Assembly: GCA_051294905.1 (NCBI GenBank)
Contig: CM119375.1
Coordinates: forward strand, 10,788,001-10,852,000
DNA from: Botryllus schlosseri
Taxonomy: Eukaryota
DNA: 64,000 nucleotides
Direction: 5' to 3'
Below are positions 48,701 to 60,700 of the stretch, in pieces (position 1 is the stretch's first letter; the number at the start of each line of letters is the position of its first letter). A program made the position numbers and the translations under genes. Below the pieces are notes generated by a model that was not told the DNA's origin, made no database searches, and saw only the letters and a list, made by a program, of their open reading frames with translations.

Positions 48701-51700
48701 CGATTTTTCCCAGCCGTAGACATTACATTACAGACACTTATTCAATGTAAATGTTTGGTCTGCCACAATCCCACTGAAAGTAAAACACAACAAAAACTAG
48801 ATCTAAATCACACAAGTGGCTTGTTAAGGTGAATAGGCCAACGAGGTAACTGCTCGGTGCAATTAGATGGCTATTGCATTTTGGATTATATGTGGGTATT
48901 TATTGTCAATAGACACAATGACTGGTGACTGCCTATAGTTAGAATTAGGAAATATCTCAAATCTAATTAAGGGCTGGGCAAAATTGAGTACCTGAGTGAT
49001 TCGATTCTGAATCACGTAAAATACTTCGAGTCGAGTATCACTCATTATGACATAACAGCATGTAATATGTCAAAGATCAAATGAGTGTCTTTTATGCCAG
49101 CACAAAGAATATAATGCCTGTTATCCGTCATATTAAAGATAGTTGGGTATTTTTTCTACCATACGGGTTTCATTGCCCTTTGTGACAATGTTGTGGGATG
49201 ATCATGACTTCGGAAATGTGTTATTTTCAGTAACGTTCGTAGCTTTGTACTATGTCTCGTATGCTGTGATAAGGCAAGGTTTCAAGGCTTCCACAGGCAA
49301 AAATAGCATCGAAACTACAATTCTCGTTGATAAACAACTGTCAGTGGCGAGGAGTGTATAATTTCAGTACCCGAAAAAATCGACTTCTACTACTCGACTC
49401 GAATCATTAAAATTATTACTCTATCCAGCCCTAATCAAATGTAGGCCTACTATTATGCTTGGCGTGACACGTAATGTTGATTAGTCAACCAGCATGTGCA
49501 GTGTGCGCTCATGTAACGATCACGCTAAAACATTGAAATCATTGCTTCTCCCAGCTCTCCAGTAGAACACCTTGCAGGCCATTTCGACGCTTACAGATTA
49601 TGTAATTTGTCAATATAGGCAGTAATAGCAGCTAGATAAACTTGTACTTTCACACCAAAACTCATGATCCAATACCTTGATGATAATCTGCCAATATCAG
49701 AACTTGCCACCACTGGGTTGCCAATGCCCTCATATGTGTCCATTCCCGGTGGAATATAGAGCGGTTTCTGTGCATCAATTGTAGGCTTTGTACTGTAATA
49801 AGGTAGAATACCCGTATAAATGCTCGAACCCTTACCAAACCCACAAATTTTCAACTCGATTTGTCACAGAGACATCGAACTACGGATAATTGACATCTTT
49901 ATAAATTACAATTAAATTCTGTACAAAATTACCTCAAGTCTGTACCAAAAGTGACATGATTCATCACATGCTTGAGAACGCGAACTGTCGATTCATTATT
50001 CTTGCTCAGATACATCAGCATCGCCCCATGCGCGTGCGCCAGAAACCGCATGGTTTTCGTAATGACCTGTCAATAGTTATAGCAAATGATGAATGGCCAC
50101 GAGTCAGGCTCGCCAAACTCAATTGTCATCAAGTCAAGCCCGAGTCCAAGTCACATTTTAAAAGAGATCAGGTCCAAGTCCAAAGCGTGGTCAACATTTT
50201 GAGCAGGAATGGTTGTCAATGATTTCAGCGCTTGATGAATTTTGCGATATAAATGTAATACGTGTTATTAATAATAAACCATTGTATCAATAATGGAGAA
50301 ATAAATTCGAAAATGAATTGATGTAATCAGGTAAGAGTTTAGAGTTATGGATTAGGGGTAAGGTTAGGGTTCGGATCAGGGGTCAGGCTAGGGGTAGGCG
50401 AGGATTATGATGAGGGTACGCCAAGTGCTGAATTCACTAGTAACCACACGAATAGATAATGTGACTTGTAGGCATTTGGCAGAGAAACGCCTCATCTGAA
50501 AATAGTTGTGCAATGTGCAGGGCTGTTAAAAAAATCCTTTTTCTTCAGATTTCACCCGCTACTGTATATGATAAAATTGTTAGGTTGGTGAAAACAACGC
50601 TGCACGCCAACTTTGGCTCAATTCCAACCAGTATAAGCGATTTTCTTGCAGTAGAAAGTTTTGAATTTATCATTAAAAAATAAAAATAAATTTTTCTGTC
50701 AACCCCATCAAATTGTTAGGCTGTCAGTAGAGATGATGCACACCAAATTTGACTCAATTCCGACCACTAGAAGCGAAGTTATTGCAGTAGAAAAATTTCC
50801 AATTCCATGATTTTATAATAAATAATTACAGAGTTACCCACCGTAAATACTATTTTATTCAAATCCAAATTTTACTACTGCAATAACTTTGCTTCTAGTG
50901 GTTGGAATTGAGCGAAATTTGGTGTGCATCATCTCTACTGACAGCCTAACCATTTTATGGGATTGACAGAAAAATTTTGAAATTTAATTTTTTAATGATA
51001 AATTCAAAACTTTCTACTGCAAGAAAATCGCTTCTAGTGATTGGAATTGAGTCAAAGTTGGTGCGCAGCGTTGTTTTCACCAACCTAACAATTTTATCAC
51101 ATAGCGAGTGAAATCTGAAGAAAAGGGTTGGTGTGTTGGTCATGATGGTAGTGTCATGTTAATTGATGAACCAAATGACATGACAAACTGATATATGTGA
51201 ATATGATGAAAACTCATAGCCTATGATTGACATCTAGCCTACATTACGTAACTCAATGACAGAGTGTCTTTTAAATCCCTGTTGATATTGATATGATATT
51301 GATGACTGTTTCCTACTCGTTGAGGCTAGACTCTTGATAATTTGATGCATTCAGGTGGATTGATTGTAAACTGAAGGCAAAATGACTTGATAACACAGAC
51401 CTTTCTTTGCTCCGATTCAAGATTTTGGAATGTGTCATACTTGCTTCCGATTAGGATCAACGGGACAGGGAAAGGTTTGATTGTGCGTGAATCCTGAAAA
51501 GATGATAGCAAAATATAAATGTGTGCCACAATGAAAGTCAATAATACTGAAATATCAAACAAAGCACAAGAAACTAAGATTCGGTGTTAATGCAAGTCTC
51601 ACAACCATTACGAAGCCTTTTCGGTATCTTGTCTAGCACTACATGATATTCTCATGAGCCCTGCCCATGTTCAAAGCACATGAATAGAATTACTGATCAA

Positions 51701-54700
51701 GAAATTCATCGAAATCCATTAAAATTAATACCGGATGATCTTTCCCTCCAAGTCTCATCCAAGCTTTCTCTTCAAGTTGGTGCTGAAAATTTGATTGCTT
51801 CCTACATTCTTCACGTATCACAATGTTCAGACGTGTCTTTGCAGCTTCAATCAATGTTTCAGCAGTGTACCAAAGTGTCGCAGGTTTGGATAGGTCCAAT
51901 ACCTAATAAAACACTAATTATTGTGACCAAAGCATGTGACCAATGATGTTGCACATAGCACATTAAGAGATCATAAAGAGATTCATTGTTCTGATGATTG
52001 AAGATTGGGAGAATAACACAATGAAACGCGATGAGATTAATGTTGTAGTATTTTCCAAATTGCTCAAAGTCATAGTGTTCCGCTTCGCAAGGTTTGTTTG
52101 CAGTGTTCTCATTTCCCTTTGTCTCTTTATCAAGCCCACTCTCGTCTTGAATGACATTTATGCTAAGAGCTAGACACACAGTTGACTATATAGTGCACTG
52201 ACACAAAGTATCTTTGATGGCTGAGATTAGAAAAGTTATAGTTTTTGATTGCAGTGGTCCGCTGGGAATACAAATATTACAAAAGGCAGCAAGCCATGGT
52301 AAGATATGAAAGATTGTGTGTAGTTAAAGTGTCTTAAAAGTGCATTTAGATTGGATATACAAAAGCTTCAAGATTCCTACCCTGACTATGTGAAATGTCT
52401 AATGTATGCATAACTATGTCAAAACCTGCAATATACCAAGGTTTATGCATAAATAAAAGCTATACTATGTATTATGCATTATAGATACTTAGCAATCTTC
52501 CTAATGAAACAAATGTAATTATTCACAGGGTTGGCGGTAACAGCATTTACAAACTGCCCTGATACTATTCCAAAGATCATTTCGGAACAATTACATGTTG
52601 TAAAAGGAGATGTACTGGACGAAGAAAATGTGGAAGAAGCATTAATGGGACACGATGCTGTCTTTTGCGCAATTGAATCCTACAATATGTTCTGTAAGTT
52701 TCTTTTTGCAAATAATTGTCTTTGAAGAATACTTTTTCAAAATACAATTCACCACATAATCATGTTACATCACTGTAATCATCCAATATGTCACTCTCAT
52801 TTTTATCATTCAGGGCGGTAAATGTAGATGCCAGTGGCAGACTTCATCATATAGAACTGTAGCCATTTGGTTTGTGCCTTTGTCAAGAATATCCTCAAAC
52901 AGGACAGCACTAATTTAATGAGGATGTAATAAGAAAATGTGGGTGTCAATGCGAGCTATATATAAATAGGCATGATGTCTACTAATCAGTAAATCAAAAA
53001 ATTTCGCAGATAGGCCCGATTGAACCTGGGTTGCATTTATCTTTCGTCTTTGTGACTTACATTTTTTTCACAACAGCACAAAAGCATGTAATATCACAAG
53101 GATGTCAAAATATTGTTGACGGTATGAAGAAGCACAATATTAGGAAACTAGCACTTGCCGGCAATGGTAACGCAGATCACTGTAGCATTTCAAGCATGAC
53201 TCACGACAGGATAATGTTTCAACAGCATGCGCTATGTGTGGAGGAACTGGACTCTTTGACAGAATCCGAAAAAGCTATGGGAAAAACGCTGAGTATGTTC
53301 GAATGATGGACATTTTGAAAAGGGAAAGAGCATCAATTGACTGGGTGGTCATGATGGTGCCGAAACTTGAAATTAGTGATCGAGTGAATTCTGAATACAA
53401 GGTGAGGTCATAATTATAAGTAGGAATCCTACTGTACGATAAATATATTATTTTTCCTAAAGTCATTTAATTTGTGATAGATGCAGTTGTCTATAATAAT
53501 TTATTCCCACCGCAAAAGCATTTTGCATACCCTGTATGGCTATTTTTTCAAGTTTCAAAACAGAATCAAGGTGTTAAGCATGTTCACGCAGGTATTGTCA
53601 CATTGCTAAGTTAGTGTTTTACTCTACAGAAGTTAACAATACGAGAGTTACCACATACCAATGCAAGACTATACCATAAACCGACCTTAGAACTGAATAT
53701 TATTTATTGTATGCGGTCTACTGTTTTTTATCTGATAATTCATTATTCTTGTAAGAGGTGGACAAAATAGTCAACGTTGCTACTCATGTAGAAATATTCA
53801 ACTACAAGTAGAAGTAGCAATTCCCAAGATATGTCTAAATTACCCCAAGTGGAAGTAAAAGCTATAAAAGTTATATATAGTTGAGGGGACGCATACTTTT
53901 AGCCGCAAATCGCAGGTGGTTCCTTTCACAAATGCAAGATGTACCTCCGAGACTAACACAAAATGACTAATGGCAATACAAATAGGTAGAATCATCAAAA
54001 GTATATTCAGTTACTGTAATACAAAGGCTATTTCACGCGATTCTTAAGACAATTTCACTCATAAAAGCGTGCAAACTCATTGCCAAACTACGTTATGTTT
54101 TTCATGGTTAAAGTAGCGAGTTTGGTCAATAATCTGTTAGGTAGAAGGGGAAGTAAGTTGTGTAAGTATGAAAAACCTACTTGAGTACGGTACTTCGAAA
54201 AGTAGCACTTCGTTACTGACCTCTGACCATGTGTGGTTAATTGTCTTTTGTTGAATTGTGATAGCGAAAATGAACAACCACTTTTATGCAGAGTAACCTA
54301 GAAAAGTCCAGCTAATTTGAACATATCAATTGTTTTAGGTTGGGAAAAACAACGTCCCTGGTGTCTGGTCTGTTACTACAGCAGAAACAGCCGACTTCAT
54401 GGTGAAAGTTTTCATGGATCAACCATCAACAGAGCATTTCAGGCATAATTCAATGGGAATATCATCCAGACCCAAAACAAACTTTTCGAGTGTTGCTACT
54501 TACATGAAAATCACAGCTGGACTGATGACTGTGGTTGTTGCTATATTGGCATATCATAGGCAGCTTCCCTCAATACTTCAGCGATACATCGATGAAATAA
54601 CTAATTTGGATTGATTAATTTGTAGATCAAGAGATTAACATGTACGTGAAAAGTACATGCACTTATTCACTTTTTCATAGTGCCATCGTGTGCTTTTATC

Positions 54701-57700
54701 AACTTGACGCTGTTACTTGTATTGTTCACAAAGTTTCACCAAACATTCAATTTTCATGTATATTTTATCCTTTCTTGAGGTCATTTCTACTCAAGTAACT
54801 GTATGACTACTTTTACCATCTTCGTGTAATGCATTCCGATTAAGAATGTTAAATTATCACCTTGATTGAATATAGGATATCCAACAAAGAAATGTAAACT
54901 TACAAGAATGATTATTGATTACTAGTTTGTCAAGTTTTCAATTCTAGCTCACAACCAGGTAGTATTTTCCTGCACTTAGACAATATCTGCCAAATCGCAC
55001 TTTGCCATGAACACATTTTGCATGATTCTGTATTTTACTTTTTGTGTTGAATTGTTGATACATCATTAGAAACACATAGTACCTGCTTAGCCAACTCATA
55101 AATTTTATGTGTTACAGTATTGTTTCTTGTATAACCGTTAAATACTGTTCAATATAAGATTATTTGCATAGAAAATATCAATTGGGAACGAATAGGACCA
55201 CAGTACCAGTACCGGTAAGTAATTGCATTGTACCAAATATTTATTCACCAATAATAACATGAAAGACAAGGCAAAAGAATGGTAGAAAACTGCCCAAGGA
55301 GAACCATTAATAAGAGTCCTGGCCAGTCAAAGCCGGGGGTGGGCCAATTCACAGCAACTAGCATCGCCTAATGTTGACGCACTTTGTTAACACAACCACT
55401 AACGGCACAAGAGGGTGTCAGCTTGAGTCTCGGTAGTAGCACGTTTCAAAGGGTCAGAGGTTTGTTCTAATTCCTCCACTGCGTCACTGTCCATATGTCA
55501 TAATAAAAAGAAAGATATGACCAAAGACCAATACAATGGAAGAGAATGACAGAGTAAGGGAGCCTAAAAGATCCAGAGGTGGTCATGAACTATGTCACTG
55601 TTGCCTAGGGCTCTTCAAAAATGACTTTTTTCTCAAATCGTACTGGCTACTTGATAAAATTGTTAGGTTACCTAATTTAAGCCTACACACAAAATTTGGT
55701 TCAATTCCAAACAGTAGCCGCACTGCTACACGAGAAGAAAGTTTCTATTTAATATATGAAAGTAAATAGCAAAAAATTTGAAAATTTTCTGTTCACACCA
55801 TGAAAGTGTTAGGTTGTGTATACATACGTTGTTCACCAAATTTGGTTCAATTCCAACCAGTGGAAGCGGAGTTATGGTCGTTGAAAAATTTGGATTATGA
55901 AAAAAATAGTATTTACCGTGACCAATTCTTTAATCATTTATTATAGTTGTGCCCACCGTAAATACCATTTTTTTCAAATCCAAATTTCTCGACGGCAATA
56001 ACTTCGCTTCCACTGGTTGGAATTGAACCAAATTTAGTGAACAACGTTTGTATACACAACCTAACACTTTCATGGGGTGAACAGAAAATTTTCAAATTTT
56101 TTGCTATTTACTTTTATATAATAAATAGAAACTTTCTTCTCCTGTAGCAATGCGGCTACTGGTTGGAATTGAACCAAATTTGGTGTGTAGCCTTAAATTA
56201 GGTAACCTAACAATTTTATCAAGTAGCCAGTACGATTTGAGAAAAGAAGTCATTTTGAAGAGCCCGACTGTTGCCGGGTGTTAATGGTAATTAATATCGG
56301 CAGACCCATGTGTTGTTGTATTGATGGATGCGAAATTTTCGTTTCGATATCCTTCTATCTGTTCATTGCAATGCATTGTGTAATGCAGGGGTGGGCAAAC
56401 TACGGCCCGCAACACCATTTTATGCGGCCCGCGACCGTCTAAAGAAACTTAATAAAACGCGTACTAAAAATCGAATTAATGCAGGAACTTGATTAAACCT
56501 TTTCGTGGTATATCTCGCCATGATTTAAGGCAGTGGTTCTCAAACTGGAGGCGGGAAAGCATCTGAAGGGGGGCGTGAAGCTGGGCTCGACTGAAAAATT
56601 ATTTCGCGCTCCGCGCGATTTGCATGTCATTCTTCATTACATGCTCTGTATTTATGTATGCATTTCATATTTTAAAATCTCTCATCCACAGTAGTAATAT
56701 TCCATGCTATCAAATACCTGTTAGGTTTGCTAGCATCCTGGTTGCGTCTAGCGATATTACGATAAGGGGTACGCAAAATCTTTCACCATCATAAGGGGGG
56801 GGGGGGGGCGTGTCTTAAGAAGTTTGATAATGACTGTTCTAAGGTAAATACTGCCTATATTATATAGTATCTTTAATTTCTGGCGCGAGAGCCCGATCTC
56901 AAGGCCCACGCAGTTTGAAAGGTTTCAACTGCTAAACATTACAGAAATCCTAAACGAGATTGGCATAATTCAGATTGGATTGGCCACTCCAGTTTTACTT
57001 ATTCAGTGATGTGCTTATAAAAAACGATTCGCGCGTGTCTTAGGCAGATTCGTTCTCTGTATGCGTAGAATTGGGTATTTATATTTTATCTACACATAGT
57101 AGAAGCGTGCTTGAAGCTTACATGGTTATGATGCTGTCAGCATAGTGTGTCCTGGAACTGGACCAAAAGTGGAATTAGTAAATCTATGCGCAGATCGATG
57201 CTCACAGATTTAAATTTCAATCCGGTTCTAAGAATCGGGACAACCGACTTTCATCTCTATAGTTTTGACAAATTGGTTATTAATTGCTCGACCGGCCTAT
57301 GAAATCTCGCCACTGTTTCAGACGCGTATCGAACAATGTTTGGTTTGTTTTAATAAGCATATTTATTATCTCCATGACATCACTATATAATCAAATACCA
57401 ATAATACGTTTTGGTTTATAATCCCAATTTTATATAGTGCGGCCCGCGAACGGATTCAGATGTTGAATGCGGCCCGCGGGCTCAAAAGTTTGCCCACCCC
57501 TGGTGTAATGTGATATTGTACATAGAGAGCCTTGAGCTGATAAAAATGATATTTCCTCTGCTTTTTACAGATACGCTAATAGTGAAGACAATTTTGGTGG
57601 AAATAAGTTTGATAACTGACAGTAATGCATTGTCTCGCATCAAATAATGATATAAAATTACACGGCCCAAGACGTAGAATAGGTTACACAACACTCCGTT

Positions 57701-60700
57701 GGAAGATTATAGTTGTCACTGGAATCAACCTGCAGCCGTTTGGCAGCTTCGGAGTTGTGATGTCACAATGACAGATATCAATGACTACATCATTTCGTAG
57801 CAATCGATTTATAGGTGTGGTTTAACCTTTACTCTCTAATGCTTGCTATCGTGTTTTTGAAAAGCAAAGTTGATAAGCATCACTGCACCGGAGACAATGG
57901 GAAGTGTGGAAAAGGTTTTACTATTTGGCTCCACGGGGCGCATAGGTGCTGGTTTACTCAGGCGCTTGGTGAAAGGTTAGTATTTCAATAGAAAATAATA
58001 ATATGATATGGATCTACATCTGTGATTAGATTCCGGTAAACTCTCTATAGACCTCTCAAAATGGTTACGAATAATAGATTTGTGTGTCTGTGTATGATGT
58101 ATAAATCATTTGCAACATAATATCAGACACAAAAGTAGGTTTGCTTCAAAACTAAAGTGATGTAAATTATCCAGATTGTAGAATTTCCATTGTACTTGCT
58201 TGTGGCAATTACTCAAGCTTCCTTACCAATGAGAATTAACGAATGCAACTTCTCCAATACCTCAAGTCATTGCATTTAGAGTTCCAAGTATCCGTGTTTG
58301 TAAGAACACCTTCAAAAGTGCCAGAAAGCATGAAGGATAAGGTGAAAATAATACAAGGAGATGTTTTCAACGAAGAACAAGTTGAGCAAGCAATGGAAGG
58401 TCATGATGCAGCAGTATTCGCAATTGGACAACACCGAGTATTAGGTAGAAATATCTAACATAATAAAACACAAACCGCCATTCTCAGTAACCTTGGAATT
58501 TAAAACCTGACAACTGATTTATTGTGTTTAGGTGGAGGCTCAATTGCAACTGACGCAACAAAATTAGTTTTAGCTGCCATGAAAAAGCAGAATGTATCGA
58601 AGTTGATAGTAATCAACATACGTGAGTGTTTGAAAGCCAACGGTATTGTAAGGCATAGGCTTACCCGGAATATTCTCCAACTAGCCCATGCATATCAACG
58701 AGGGACTTTCAACCACACTATGTTGAAATCTATAACCTCAATCGGTGACCATGGTAGACAGATGGAGGTTCTCAAAGCAGAGAAGGATATAGCCTGGGTG
58801 GCCCTTGCCACACCGTGGGTTAAATATGTGGACACGGTCAATCCTACATATATGGTATGTAGAATAAATGCATTGTTCCCTATTGCTAATGTCATTCAGA
58901 CATAAGAAGACAATATTACCTATGAAATCATAACTAGCCTGAATTCAGGGCCCGGATATAGCTGTTTACCACCGTAATGCATACCATCCCATTCACCGGA
59001 AATTCTCCTGAAACCACAACTAACCAATAATACTCACAGGTAGAATTGGGCAAGGATCCTGGGGTTAACGCCGTCACCTCAGGAGAGTTGGCTGATTTTA
59101 TGGTGAAGATCTTGAAGAATGAAGATGAATATAAAAAATATAATCAAGGCCTTGTCGGAATTTCATCCAAACCAAAGACGGGATGGTTTTCGTGATTTCA
59201 TTGCAAGCATGTCACAGCCAAATTTTTGTGACCCAGTTCTTAAACTAATAATCCAACAAAATGAAACAGCTGATAAGTTTCCAAGATATTCAGCAAAAGA
59301 TGCAGACTACCACCGATCTAAAATTTCAAAGGACTATAATGCTATGTTGAATGTTAATGTTATTATTACTACCTACCACACTGGGATTAATAAACTATAA
59401 TAAATGTGGTGAGTGATTGTTTCAACAGGTCTGCCAAATGATATACAGCGGAGGAAATCAGTCCAAGAGCAATTTCTCAAGAGTTTGTATTCTGGTTCTG
59501 ATATAGCTACTTCAAACTGATCAACAATGTCATTGACATCTGATGAATTAAGTCGATTACTATTCAAATATATCCAGTTCAGACCTGTGATATTTTGACT
59601 TTTATTACAGTACATACAGTACATAAGAATGACAGGTCATCATCCGAGAATGCATCAGAAGATGTATTAAATGCTTCGTGCCGTGTCCGTTCGGTTCGTG
59701 GCGAATATTGATAAATAGTGATAAAATTGTTTAACGCTCAGCTATTACAGGGAGTCATGCGAACGTTCATGTGAACTGCTAGCAACAATCTCGGAATTAC
59801 GGAGAAATCGATTTGCAAGTGTCACCGACTATGTCACCGGTGCAAAACCCTAATTCCGTTTGATAATTGCGAAAACTAAAAGTGATGTTATTTCCGACAC
59901 CATCATTACTTATGGGAATGTATCAAATGCCGAGGCTGGCTTCGGTATCAAATCATCCTTGTACAAACTTTAGTGCGATAGCTCTCAGCCGTCAGCAGAC
60001 TTAATAATCGGGCGTTTCCGCCGTTTCGGGTACGAAAGTCTGACGCCAATACATTCGACAGTGCCCGGAGACATCATCGGTTGTTGTAGCTGTTTAGATA
60101 TCCATGGTGTTTCGTACACATTCGTCATTTTACACCAGGCCGACATTCGTTATTGTGATTACATTGCGAATTTACCGACTTGTAGCACGGCCCGCTTCTA
60201 GGCTTTTTCAAGACACCGCCTACGCGGACCACGTGGCGAGGACGTCATCGACGTGACGCACCTAATCTTCGAGAGATATAGGTATAAAATTACACAACAT
60301 GAAATTGCCATTGGAATATACACTATACTCGTTGGGGGCGTTGTGAAGATGCCATTGCCAAGCGCCGGCAGGAGCAGGCAATCGGTAACGAAACTACGCT
60401 AATTCTGTTGGCGCTACGATAGATATTCGAAAATCGAGGGACATTTAATTCAATTACGAACATTGTGACTCCTCCGTCATGAAATCATTAATCCGTCGTT
60501 ACGATTATTCCGTCATAAATAATTAAGCGACATCAGCGCCGCAAGGATCACGTGGATTACCTGAACACCTAGAAAACAGCAACGGCACGGGGGCGCTAGA
60601 GGCGTGCTGAATTGTTGTGAGAGTTCGCGAAAGTTCGCTCTGCTGCAAACCGCAGCAAATGAAACGCCTGTGCTAATAACGAATCAGGTGTAAATCATAC

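Noticed and set aside
51960-52179. Duplicate DYNC2LI1 N-terminal exon ([10 protein letters not shown])
   Set aside because: Similarity is marginal, and the true upstream exon splices cleanly from 63703.
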